DNA of 29,308 nt, taken from positions 1-29,308 of the forward strand of contig JAZDHK010000030.1 of the NCBI GenBank assembly GCA_043806035.1. Direction: 5' to 3'. The notes under the pieces were generated by a model. It made no database searches. It was not told where the DNA came from and saw nothing but the letters and a program-made list of their open reading frames with translations. Both the position numbers and the translations under genes were made by a program. Origin of the DNA: an archaeon (lineage in GTDB: Archaea; Nanobdellota; Nanobdellia; Woesearchaeales; UBA9642). Below are positions 14,427 to 23,842 of this stretch, piece by piece (position 1 is the first letter of the stretch; every line of letters starts with the position of its first letter).

Positions 14427-15497
14427 ATGATTCTCATCAGCGGGGGAGGCATCGTCGGCAGCCATCTGGCTACACGCATCGCCAGACACGATGATGTTCG
14501 AGTCGTGGAGGAACATGATAATTTTCACAAAACCTGCTCTGCGCTCATCACCACACCCAATGACATTCCCAGACAATTCATCACCAACCGCATCCGTACA
14601 GCAAGAATCATGGCGCCTGACGGCAAGTGCATTGAAGTCACGTTCAAACGGCCTGACGTTGTGTTCGCACGAGATGAATACGTTGCCTATCTTGCAGGCA
14701 AAGCACAAGACGCTGGCGTGCAGTATTGTCAGCCGGCAAAAATCAGGAGCGTCACAAAAAAAGTGTGTGTAGAGGATTTGCGGACGAAACAACGACAAAT
14801 GTTCATGCCCGACCTGCTTGTGGGGGCGGATGGCGCATTGTCTACCGTGGGCAAAGAAACAGGACTACTACAACAGCGCACGCATTTCGTCGCCACAAAA
14901 ACGATAGTGAAGTACAAGCACAACAACAGCATCACGTTCTATCCGTTCGTGAGGGATTTTGCATGGGTCATCCCACACGATGAGGACACGGCAGAAATAG
15001 GTATTGCTGCAAGGCAAGACGTCAGCAGGACATTCACTGCATTCTGCCAGCGCCTCAACATCACCCCCGCAAAGCGGGAGGCAGCAATCATCCCGTGGTA
15101 TAGTGCAAAGCAGCCCATCTACAAACAACAAGGAAACATGCACGTTGCTCTTGTTGGCGATGCTGCCGGACAGGTAAAGGCGACGACGGGAGGCGGCATC
15201 ATCTATGGCATGAAAGCTGCGATCATTCTTGCTGACTGCATACGCAAAGACAAGCTGCACGCGTATCCTCGACTTATAAAAAAGAACATAGGCAGAGAAC
15301 TATCCTTGCACCTGCAGGCGCGCAGGCTCATGGATAAGATGACCATACCTGATTGGAATAGGGCAATAGCTCTTTTTCAGGACTCACGGCTACAGAACGT
15401 GTTGGGAAACAGTAGCAGAGACCGGTTATCGAGACTTGCGTTCAAAAGCATAGTCACCAAGCCGCAATTGCTCCAGTTTGCAAAACTCCTTTTTTAG
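14427..15497 (+). CDS. Geranylgeranyl reductase family FAD-dependent oxidoreductase
   Basis: N-terminal GGGIVG, GADG, FAWVIP, VGDAAGQVKATTGGGIIYG; start reassigned to ATG 14427. Confidence 0.88.
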   Translation: MILISGGGIVGSHLATRIARHDDVRVVEEHDNFHKTCSALITTPNDIPRQFITNRIRTARIMAPDGKCIEVTFKRPDVVFARDEYVAYLAGKAQDAGVQYCQPAKIRSVTKKVCVEDLRTKQRQMFMPDLLVGADGALSTVGKETGLLQQRTHFVATKTIVKYKHNNSITFYPFVRDFAWVIPHDEDTAEIGIAARQDVSRTFTAFCQRLNITPAKREAAIIPWYSAKQPIYKQQGNMHVALVGDAAGQVKATTGGGIIYGMKAAIILADCIRKDKLHAYPRLIKKNIGRELSLHLQARRLMDKMTIPDWNRAIALFQDSRLQNVLGNSSRDRLSRLAFKSIVTKPQLLQFAKLLF

Positions 15498-15509
15498 CTC
15501 ATCCGCAGC

Positions 15510-16202
15510 TTAGTTCACGAGTTTCTTCAAGAGCATATCTTTGAAGACCTTGAGCGCTTGCCGTACACCACCATGGCCCTTGCGCAAGGTCTCATCAGAA
15601 TAATGAATGATGACAGGGATCTCTTTGTAGCGCAACTTCTTCAATTTTATCTGTTCAGTAATCTCTGAGGCGTGTGCCATGCGGTCACAGGTGATGTCGA
15701 TGAATTGCGCCGCTTTTCTTGAAAAGACCCTGAATCCATTATGTGCATCCGTGAGCTTGATGCCATAAAAGACGCGCTGCACAAAAATGGCCATCTTCAA
15801 AGTTATTCTTCTCAACAAAGGAACGTTGTCCCGCTTGTACAAGAATCTGCTGCCCAACGTAACGTCAACCTGCCCTGAAAGCACGGGCTTGAGCATGGCA
15901 GGCAGGTCCTGCACGCGATGCTGGCCATCAGCATCAAACGTCACGATTACTCTCGCACCATTGGCCAAGGCATAATCTATGCCCGTTTTCAATGCAGCAC
16001 CTTGCCCTAGATTGATGGCGTGATGCAACACGATGGCTCCTGTCCGTTCTGCCCGTTCGAGCGTGCGGTCTTCAGAGCAATCATCGACAACGACAACACG
16101 CGCATATCCTGCCTTGCGCAAACTTCTGATAACTCCCGCTATCGCCCGTTCTTCATTAAATGCCGCAATAACAATCCAAATGTACTGCAGTCGTTCCTTC
16201 AT
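15510..16202 (-). CDS. GT2 polyprenol/dolichol-phosphate glycosyltransferase (DPM1-like)
   Basis: AAFNEE, VVVDDCSED, NLGQGAA, TFDADGQH, GSRF, TDAHNGFR; start at ATG 16202 overlapping the upstream TGA. Confidence 0.9.
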   Translation of the reverse strand: MKERLQYIWIVIAAFNEERAIAGVIRSLRKAGYARVVVVDDCSEDRTLERAERTGAIVLHHAINLGQGAALKTGIDYALANGARVIVTFDADGQHRVQDLPAMLKPVLSGQVDVTLGSRFLYKRDNVPLLRRITLKMAIFVQRVFYGIKLTDAHNGFRVFSRKAAQFIDITCDRMAHASEITEQIKLKKLRYKEIPVIIHYSDETLRKGHGGVRQALKVFKDMLLKKLVN

Positions 16203-16543
16203 TGGATGATGAGCACCACGCCGAGGATGATGCACAGTATTCCCGTCCATTTCAAGAGATTCATTCGCTCTTTTAAAAATTTTGTTGAGAGCAAAGCCAC
16301 CCAGATATAGGAAAGACTAGTGATAGGATAAAGGATGGACAATTCGCTGAACTGTAGCGCATACACGAAAACAATCGTCGAGATGCCGTGCAAGCCAATG
16401 CCAAACAGGAGCGGGACATGCCGTTGCAGTTTGAGTACGTTCTGTAGGGTGAGCGTCGCGGCACCTTTCTTGAGCAGTACGCTGGCATACGCTCCAACAA
16501 TAGTCAAAACGGCAACGAGAATCATTGCCCAAAGCGGTGTCAT
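16199..16543 (-). CDS. SMR/EamA-like 4-TM protein (ArnE/ArnF-like flippase subunit)
   Basis: 114 aa, four hydrophobic helices, ELSILYPITSLSYIW...FLKE motif. Confidence 0.82.
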   Translation of the reverse strand: MTPLWAMILVAVLTIVGAYASVLLKKGAATLTLQNVLKLQRHVPLLFGIGLHGISTIVFVYALQFSELSILYPITSLSYIWVALLSTKFLKERMNLLKWTGILCIILGVVLIIQ

Positions 16544-16899
16544 GCACTACCACTTCCGACTAACGCAACGCCAATACCTATGGCGAGAACGCCCAAGACT
16601 GAGAAGAACGTGTATGGCTCATGCAGCATGAATGCAGAGAGGAGAAACACCCAAATGAAGGAGAGCGCAAAGAACGGATACACAACGGAGAGCTCTCCAT
16701 ATTTGAGCGCAAGTATGAGCAGGCAAGCACCGACAGCATACAGGAACAACCCCGTAAGTAGAGGCAGGTTGGTGAGCAGTTGTTGTAGGTTAAAAGCGAG
16801 TTGTACAGATCCTCGTTTCAGGAAAAATTGCGCTCCCGCCGTTGAGAACGTACTGAGTACAACGAGGAAAAGCGCGAGAGGTCTAGTTCGTGCTTTCAT
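16540..16899 (-). CDS. SMR/EamA-like 4-TM protein (ArnE/ArnF-like flippase subunit)
   Basis: 119 aa, AQFFLKRG and GELSVVYPFFALSFIW...LHE motifs; paralog of the neighbour. Confidence 0.82.
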   Translation of the reverse strand: MKARTRPLALFLVVLSTFSTAGAQFFLKRGSVQLAFNLQQLLTNLPLLTGLFLYAVGACLLILALKYGELSVVYPFFALSFIWVFLLSAFMLHEPYTFFSVLGVLAIGIGVALVGSGSA

Positions 16900-19792
16900 T
16901 CTTGCCCTGCCAGTTCACTTTCCACACGATAATCCTCGAGCCCGTCGGATCGAAGACGTCGCTGAATTTCTCGAAATGCTTCGTGTACGCCCCTTCGAGA
17001 TAGAAGAGTTTAGTAAACGTGCTCTCAGTGAGGCGTTTGTTTGATAGTAATGCAAGGAACTGGTCGTTGCTCTTGGCGAGAAGCACGTCTGCATCGAATG
17101 TGCCGTTCAGGTCATATCGTGTGAGTTTTTCCTCTCCTGCAATAACCACTCCCGTCGGTTGTCCTGTCGTCTCACCTGTCTTGAAATTCGTTCGTCGGTC
17201 ATAGAATGCAAAAATGAGCTTTGTTTCGTTCGGGCGCATGGCATTGACATCGACACGTTCCAGGACGATGGTCTGCAATTCATTCTGCCCCACGCCAATA
17301 TTCACCGGACAGGAAATGTTCGTGGTGCTCTTATTCGTGCACGTTGCCCATCTGCCGGTGATGTAGTTCGGCCAGGGCGCTATCCAGTCATTGACTGCCC
17401 GTTCATTCACTAACGCTTGCACTTCATAATAGAGTCTCTTTGCCTCATCTTCAGTGTAGTTGAATCTGGATTGGATCATAGGAATACCCACGGTTGGCGC
17501 TGTTCCCTTGACGTTATTGGCAATGTATGCTCGATCGAAATCCCACGCACCGAAGTGTGCCCAGACGCCCGCCTTGCCGACCATGTCCTCGCTCGTGATG
17601 AAATAATCCTCGGGAGGTGTGCAGTGGGTGCGTGCGAGAATGGTGGCAATTTCATCGCTCGTGAAGCCTTGCTTGACCAGTTCTTGACGTGCATCGTCCT
17701 TGTCCATGAGGATGATGGCATCGATGATGTTGACGCTCTTTTCGGTGTCCTGCATGCGTTTGTTGACTTCCTCGAATGCATTATTGCTGCCACAGTCGAG
17801 CATACGGAGAATTGCAACAGATTCTTCTTCACTGGAGGTGAGCATGAGCTTGCCGAGCCAATGTGCATTCGGATGGTTTTGCGTACCCCCATCGAGAGTT
17901 ACTTTCCTGTCCGAGACGAATTTGAACCAGTGTCCGAAGTCCCACCACGAGTTGATGATGGCATCAGGAGCCGATTCTGTACGTATTTTGGTGAGTGAAT
18001 CCCACCAGCCATCGTTCATGTTGGGAACGAAGCCTCTGCCTGCAGCAAGTCCTGCCTTGAACGGCACGAAGAGTACAAGTGCAAGCACTAAAAAGACGAG
18101 TATTCGCTTCCAGGATGCATTGCCAAATATCCTGACTATGTGGTGATAGGCATAGCCGAACGCGACGCCCGCGGCAAGACTGAATGCTGGAATGAGCAAG
18201 AGGATGAAGCGAACACCTTTGATGCTGGCGAAGATCATGGCAGCAAACCACATCACGAGCAGCAAGGCAGGTTTGACATCAATATCTTCCTTCTCTTTGA
18301 GCAAGAAGAACAATGCTATGAGCACGGGTGCGATGAGCAATGCCATGTATGCGTACGCCGAAAGCCCCCATGCCCAATTGGAGACGAGCAGCAATGCCAG
18401 AATAGCTCCCATCCCGAGCAACAGGTATTGCTTCATGTCCAATTTCTTACGCAGGAGCATGACAAGCATGCCGAGCATGGCCACACTGAAAAATAATCGA
18501 TAGCCGAAAGAGACTTGCATGACCACATCTTGTATGCTTGCCTCGTTGAGCTCAGCTACTGTCGTGTAGATATTTGGCCATAAGTTGGCATGTGCTGCTG
18601 CCTTCAGTCCTGTTGCAAGTTGCAACGGGGCTTGGAATGCGAAAAGGAACTGATGGGCGGATCCTCCGATGAGACTGACAAAGACAGCAACGCTAGCGAT
18701 GAACGTGATGAAGATGAGCACTCCTGTTTTGACGTCAGCATTGAAGAGGGACTGAATTCGTTTGTGGTGCACAAATAATTGTGCTGCTTTGAACACGAGA
18801 TATGCGAGTAGCAAGCCGATGATGAGCAAGAAGATGTACCACCAGCCGGACACCCATGCGAAGCTGAAAAAACCCGTGGCAAGTCCCGCAAGGCTAATGA
18901 ACGTATATCGCTTCAACGTGGTTTTTGCCTCGAACCCCTCTATGAACAGCCACATGATGAGCAAAGGAAACATGACGTTCCAGACATCTGTGTCCGAGCC
19001 GAGCGTCCGAGAAATGAACATCGGACTTAGCGCAAGGAACATGGCAGCGAAAAATCCTGCCGTATTGTTCATTAAGCGTCTGCCGATGAAGAATGCGGCA
19101 ATGGCTGCGATGCATGCAATCACCGCAGGGAGGAGAAAGGATGCTTGCATGAGATTGATGGAGGGCATGAAGACGTGCAATACTTTGTAAAGCACGACAA
19201 TGCCGTAGGGATGCATGCTGGCCTGTGCAGCGTTGCCTATGGGTGCGAACTGGTGATTGTCCCAACACACGCCATCCTTGTACGTATCACAGACCACTCC
19301 TTTCTCGAGTATGTTGCGGGCATCGCGTAAGTAAAAGTATGAATCCAGATCGCCAAGATAGGTGTAGGTGTGGTTATTCTCCTCGTACTGGAAGCCGGTT
19401 TTGAACTGGGCAGAGGTCTGGCGCACTTGCTCTTCAACATTGGCTGCATTGGTCTTGAGGAATTCGTTGAATTGTTGATCGACAAGCGACTGCCTATTCT
19501 GTGGAGGAAGGTGGGGGTATTGGGCAGTCACTTGCTGGTCAATGGCATTTCGGTAATAGTTATTGACGGCGTTTCTCGCCCAATCGTCCGTAATGGGTAA
19601 TGCTTGCGGCTGTAGCCGTATGACGATTGTGAGTAGGACGGGAATTAACACGAGGAGCGTGAGGAGCAGGCCCGTCCTCATTTTTCGGGAAGTATGAGAT
19701 ATGCATTTGGAGGAGAACGTTCGCACCCGAGAAAGAATAGTGGATAATTCTTCAGTAGAATCCTCTCCATCATCGTGTGTTTTTTCTTTCAC
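16883..19792 (-). CDS. aglB: STT3-family oligosaccharyltransferase AglB
   Basis: DSYFYLR, SDTD, TVAE, SWWDFGHW, DGG and DMVGK motifs; many TM helices; start reassigned to GTG 19792 after GGGGTG. Confidence 0.93.
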   Translation of the reverse strand: MKEKTHDDGEDSTEELSTILSRVRTFSSKCISHTSRKMRTGLLLTLLVLIPVLLTIVIRLQPQALPITDDWARNAVNNYYRNAIDQQVTAQYPHLPPQNRQSLVDQQFNEFLKTNAANVEEQVRQTSAQFKTGFQYEENNHTYTYLGDLDSYFYLRDARNILEKGVVCDTYKDGVCWDNHQFAPIGNAAQASMHPYGIVVLYKVLHVFMPSINLMQASFLLPAVIACIAAIAAFFIGRRLMNNTAGFFAAMFLALSPMFISRTLGSDTDVWNVMFPLLIMWLFIEGFEAKTTLKRYTFISLAGLATGFFSFAWVSGWWYIFLLIIGLLLAYLVFKAAQLFVHHKRIQSLFNADVKTGVLIFITFIASVAVFVSLIGGSAHQFLFAFQAPLQLATGLKAAAHANLWPNIYTTVAELNEASIQDVVMQVSFGYRLFFSVAMLGMLVMLLRKKLDMKQYLLLGMGAILALLLVSNWAWGLSAYAYMALLIAPVLIALFFLLKEKEDIDVKPALLLVMWFAAMIFASIKGVRFILLLIPAFSLAAGVAFGYAYHHIVRIFGNASWKRILVFLVLALVLFVPFKAGLAAGRGFVPNMNDGWWDSLTKIRTESAPDAIINSWWDFGHWFKFVSDRKVTLDGGTQNHPNAHWLGKLMLTSSEEESVAILRMLDCGSNNAFEEVNKRMQDTEKSVNIIDAIILMDKDDARQELVKQGFTSDEIATILARTHCTPPEDYFITSEDMVGKAGVWAHFGAWDFDRAYIANNVKGTAPTVGIPMIQSRFNYTEDEAKRLYYEVQALVNERAVNDWIAPWPNYITGRWATCTNKSTTNISCPVNIGVGQNELQTIVLERVDVNAMRPNETKLIFAFYDRRTNFKTGETTGQPTGVVIAGEEKLTRYDLNGTFDADVLLAKSNDQFLALLSNKRLTESTFTKLFYLEGAYTKHFEKFSDVFDPTGSRIIVWKVNWQGKNESTN

Positions 19793-19824
19793 AGGACACC
19801 CCTTGCGCCACAAGTTCTATATGG

Positions 19825-19840
19825 TTTATAAATTTTTGCT
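19825..19840 (-). promoter_or_regulatory. BRE + TATA promoter of the aglB operon
   Basis: Minus strand AGCAAAAATTTATAAA. Confidence 0.7.
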
Positions 19841-20009
19841 AGGAACCCTTGCCAAGGGAATGCATGCCCTGACACGCACAACAACCACGGCAAAGCATGG
19901 CGTGCAACATACACTAATCACGCAAGCTCCTGCACGAGAAACACGTATCAAATGCGGCTTGTTTTTGATGAACTAACAAGAGGACAACATAAAGAAGACG
20001 ACTCAGCGT

Positions 20010-20043
20010 GTGTCGTTACATTTATATAAACCGTGTCGTCACA
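20010..20043 (+). promoter_or_regulatory. TATA box of the glycosyltransferase operon flanked by an 11-bp direct repeat
   Basis: GTGTCGTTACA-TTTATATAAACC-GTGTCGTCACA; TATA ends 20 nt before ATG 20051, consistent with a leaderless mRNA. Confidence 0.65.
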
Positions 20044-20050
20044 CCCTTGC

Positions 20051-21154
20051 ATGGAACGGATTACCGTTAATTACAACATTGGCCTCAAACGGGACTACCT
20101 CTGCAGCATTGACAAGTATAATGAAAACATCAGGAAATTCCTTGCGGATAAGGTTGCGTATCACGATAATTATTTCAAAAGCAAGCAATATGGGTTTATG
20201 AGATTGTTCAAACAGTTTTTTCTTTTTCCCCTGCGCATCTGCGCGCTCAACAAGTACAGAAGGATAAATTATTTTATCGATCCTGCATCAGCGTTGAATT
20301 TCATATTTCCCATACGAAAGAAGATTATCGTCATCTATGACCTTAACAGAGAGAAAGAAGGCACGATTGCACAGAAACTCGGCTATGCATTAACTGCCAT
20401 GAGCTGGAGTTTCCTTAAAAAAGCAGACTTGATCATCACCATCAGTGAAGCAACAAAGAAAAACATAATGGAGCAGTTGCACATTCCTACCAGCAAAATA
20501 CGGATCGTGTACCCTGCTGTTGATCACAAGGCATATAGGCCCATTCATTTTGACAAAAAAAAATTCCTGAAAAAGTACGATATCAAGGAAGACAAGAAAA
20601 TAATCCTGTATGTGGGAACGGAGCAGAACAGGAAGAATGTTGATGTGTTGATCAGGGCGATGAGCACGTTACGAGAGCTCGGTGTCAAATTTCAGTTCGT
20701 TAAGATAGGGGCGCACCAGAACGAGAAGAATCGAAAAAGAAACGTGAAACTCATTCGAGAATTACATCTCACTGAACACATCAAGATTATCAATCAGGTT
20801 GAGGAAAAAGAACTGCCCTTGTTTTACAACGCTGCGGATGTTTTCGTTTTTCCCAGTGTATTCGAAGGATTTGGTATGCCTCCGCTTGAAGCGATGGCGT
20901 GTGGCTGTCCCGTCATCACCACGCACAAAACGTCTCTGCAAGAAGTGGTCGGCGATGCAGCGATCATACTCAAGAAGGTCACGCCTAAGAGCATAGCAGA
21001 TAATATCCTGCGCGTTTTGCAGGACACGAAACTACGAAAGACATTGCGAATAAAAGGACTTCGTCAGGCAAAAAAATTCGATTGGAAAAGCAGCGCAGAG
21101 AACATGTGTGCCACACTCAATGCATTTGAAAGAAGCTACGAGAGAAGAACATGA
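20051..21154 (+). CDS. GT4 family glycosyltransferase
   Basis: [23 protein letters not shown] motif; start reassigned to ATG 20051. Confidence 0.92.
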   Translation: MERITVNYNIGLKRDYLCSIDKYNENIRKFLADKVAYHDNYFKSKQYGFMRLFKQFFLFPLRICALNKYRRINYFIDPASALNFIFPIRKKIIVIYDLNREKEGTIAQKLGYALTAMSWSFLKKADLIITISEATKKNIMEQLHIPTSKIRIVYPAVDHKAYRPIHFDKKKFLKKYDIKEDKKIILYVGTEQNRKNVDVLIRAMSTLRELGVKFQFVKIGAHQNEKNRKRNVKLIRELHLTEHIKIINQVEEKELPLFYNAADVFVFPSVFEGFGMPPLEAMACGCPVITTHKTSLQEVVGDAAIILKKVTPKSIADNILRVLQDTKLRKTLRIKGLRQAKKFDWKSSAENMCATLNAFERSYERRT

Positions 21155-22590
21155 GATTCAACAAAGTGCTGCTCATAACGCCATTCTTCAGCGGAGAGCG
21201 ATACACGGCAGTCCTCACTGCGGGAACAGGATACATCGCAGAAACACTCAAGAGAGAGAACATACCGTTGGAAGTGATAGATCCTAATCTTAATCCCGAT
21301 CTGAAGCAGACACTCAAACTTATCAGGAAAACGATTCTGACGTTCCAGCCCGATTTGATAGCACTAGGTATGATGAGCATAAACTACTACAAAGATTATG
21401 AGGTCATACGGGAGATTAAAAAATATTATCCCGATATGAAGATTCTTGTCGGCGGCCATCACTCTTCGACGTTCAGGGAGCGGATTTTCAATGAGACTAC
21501 TGACGTTGATTATGCAGTCATTCTCGAAGGTGAGGAAACGGTTGTCGAACTGTGCAAAGGCAAGCCGCTTGCAGAAATAAAAGGATTGATGTACAAGGAG
21601 GGTGGTGCAGTAAAATATAATGGTGACAGGGCGTTCGTCAAGGATCTCGACAGCATACCCTTCCCCACCTATCCTGGCTATGACCTGAAAAAATACCCCG
21701 ATCTCACCCTCCACATCGTCACCTCACGCGGCTGCCCCTATTGCTGCACATACTGTCCAGTAAAAACAACCATCGGAAGGGTATTCCGGGTACGAAGTGC
21801 AAAACACGTGGTAGATGAGCTCGAATACTGGTATGAACGAGGCATAAAGAATTTTGGTATCGTCGATGATAACTTCACATTGTACAGGGATCGTGTTTTT
21901 GAGATTTGCGACGAGATAGAGAAGCGAGGCATACAGGCGAACTTCAATCTGGGCAACGGCATACGGGCAGACAAGGTGGATTATGATATGCTGAAACGGT
22001 TGAAAGCTGTCGGTTTCACCGAGATTGCCATCGGTGTCGAGTCTGCGAACGACCACGTCCTGAAAAGTGTGAAGAAAGGAGAAAATCTTGCCACAATCGA
22101 GAAAGCAGTACAACTGGCCTGCGAACTTGGATTCGAGGTCGGCCTATTTTTTATCCTCGGATCGCCCGGAGAGACAAAAGAGGACATAATGAATTCGTTC
22201 AAGTTCGCGTTGAAGTACCCTGTCGACTACGCATATTTTTACAACATCATCCCCTTTCCCAACACGGAACTGTTTGATTACCTCGAAAAGAACAACTTGT
22301 TTCTCGCACCCTACCAGACCTATCTTAATGCGTCTTCCCATTGGAACGAGCGCCCTGCTTTCGTGACGCCAGAATTAGGGTATGCCGATCGTATACGGAT
22401 GTATCGTCTGGGAAAGAAAATAACGAAAAAAATCCAGATACGACGCATAAAGAAACGGCTGAAAAAACTAGGTCCGCTTGCCACACTCGCAGCGCATGCG
22501 ATTTCCAATGACACCCTCCAACGAATCCTGATGACGAATCGAACAACAAAAAAGATAATCATTAAAATAAAGAACGTGTTCTGGAAATAA
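21151..22590 (+). CDS. Cobalamin-binding radical SAM protein (class B methyltransferase-like)
   Basis: N-terminal B12-binding-type region (VGGHH, GEE), TSRGCPYCCTYC, DDNF, GVES, G-x-PGET. Confidence 0.9.
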   Translation: MRFNKVLLITPFFSGERYTAVLTAGTGYIAETLKRENIPLEVIDPNLNPDLKQTLKLIRKTILTFQPDLIALGMMSINYYKDYEVIREIKKYYPDMKILVGGHHSSTFRERIFNETTDVDYAVILEGEETVVELCKGKPLAEIKGLMYKEGGAVKYNGDRAFVKDLDSIPFPTYPGYDLKKYPDLTLHIVTSRGCPYCCTYCPVKTTIGRVFRVRSAKHVVDELEYWYERGIKNFGIVDDNFTLYRDRVFEICDEIEKRGIQANFNLGNGIRADKVDYDMLKRLKAVGFTEIAIGVESANDHVLKSVKKGENLATIEKAVQLACELGFEVGLFFILGSPGETKEDIMNSFKFALKYPVDYAYFYNIIPFPNTELFDYLEKNNLFLAPYQTYLNASSHWNERPAFVTPELGYADRIRMYRLGKKITKKIQIRRIKKRLKKLGPLATLAAHAISNDTLQRILMTNRTTKKIIIKIKNVFWK

Positions 22591-22592
22591 AG

Positions 22593-23693
22593 ATGAGAAA
22601 AAACAAAAAAGCAAGTACTGCCCTTGTCGTTGATTTCATAGACGGGATAATAACTGAAAAACCGTTCGGTGTCCGCGTGTATCAAGAAAAAATACATGAA
22701 CGATTGCCGCAAGTTCACAGGAACATCATAAGATACAAAGCGAGCAAAAACGTGTTCATCCACCTCTTGCAGCGGCTATTCGTATACCCCGCGAAAATCA
22801 TCTTCAAAATGAAAAAAAACAGGATAACCTACATCACCATGCCCGACCTGGCATACTTGTTACATGTCTTCAGGTTCAAAAAATGCATCGTCGGCTGCTA
22901 TGATCTGACTTCTCTACGACGAATACGCGATTATCACTGGATAACACGCATAGGCATACGAAGCAATTATGATGCAATAAAAAAATATGCGACACGGATC
23001 ATCACGCACAGCGCATACTCGAAAAATGACATACACAAAAAACTAGGTATTCCCCTCGATAATATCGACATCATCCACCCCATGGTAGATCATGAACTCT
23101 TTTCTCCAAAAAGAAACAAGACATACCTAAAAAAGTATGGGCTCACTCCTGCTGATTCTGTTGTTCTGTATGTGGGTTCTGAAGAACCTCGACAAAATGT
23201 TGACAAGGTACTGCGCGCCATTGCTCTCGTTAGAAAAAAACTGCCCCGTGTACAATTATTGAAAATAGGGAATGCACATTGGGAAGGCGCCCGTGAAAAG
23301 CATCAAAAGATTATCAAAGAGCTCGGACTACAGAACAATGTCGTGTGGGGAGGTCCTGCGGATCCCATCAAAGAACTTCCTAAGATTTATAACGCAGTTG
23401 ATGTGCTGGTCTATCCGTGCAGCTACAGTGGATGGGGACTACCTCCATTAGAAGCCATGGCCTGCGGCACGCCAACCATCATTTCGAATAGGACATCACT
23501 GCCTGAAGTGGGAGGAGATGCAGCCATACAGGTAAAACCCACCGATGAAAAGCAGATCGCAAAGACAATTATTGCTGTACTCACCAACGATAAAAAAAGA
23601 AAGGATATGTCAAGAAAAGGTCTGCAGCATGCAGCAAAATTCACCTGGGACAATGCAGCAAAGCAGACGTTGACAGTGTACAGAATAACATAA
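22593..23693 (+). CDS. GT4 family glycosyltransferase
   Basis: [23 protein letters not shown]; paralogous to 20051-21154. Confidence 0.9.
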   Translation: MRKNKKASTALVVDFIDGIITEKPFGVRVYQEKIHERLPQVHRNIIRYKASKNVFIHLLQRLFVYPAKIIFKMKKNRITYITMPDLAYLLHVFRFKKCIVGCYDLTSLRRIRDYHWITRIGIRSNYDAIKKYATRIITHSAYSKNDIHKKLGIPLDNIDIIHPMVDHELFSPKRNKTYLKKYGLTPADSVVLYVGSEEPRQNVDKVLRAIALVRKKLPRVQLLKIGNAHWEGAREKHQKIIKELGLQNNVVWGGPADPIKELPKIYNAVDVLVYPCSYSGWGLPPLEAMACGTPTIISNRTSLPEVGGDAAIQVKPTDEKQIAKTIIAVLTNDKKRKDMSRKGLQHAAKFTWDNAAKQTLTVYRIT

Positions 23694-23793
23694 CAACACA
23701 GCAGGCATGCACGAATTCGCTTTGCACATCTTTTCTACTAGGGGGCTCCGCTGAAGAATGGCGTTTCTGGTCATGACCTGTCGACCACCATTC

Positions 23794-23809
23794 AATAAAC
23801 TATTTAAAT
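23794..23809 (+). promoter_or_regulatory. TATA promoter for the sugar-nucleotide genes
   Basis: AATAAACTATTTAAAT, followed by GGGGGGTGG just before ATG 23843. Confidence 0.6.
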
Positions 23810-23842
23810 GCACAGAGAATTCCCTATCTGGGGGGGTGGATA

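Noticed and set aside
19841-20009. Possible ncRNA or small ORF in the aglB/GT4 divergent spacer (hairpin CCCTT-GCC-AAGGG)
   Set aside because: Only a 5-bp stem; no recognisable RNA family and no supported ORF
23694-23800. Intergenic palindrome GGTCATGACC (23769-23778) or a small RNA
   Set aside because: A single 10-bp palindrome is expected by chance in 29 kb; no convincing C/D boxes or stable fold
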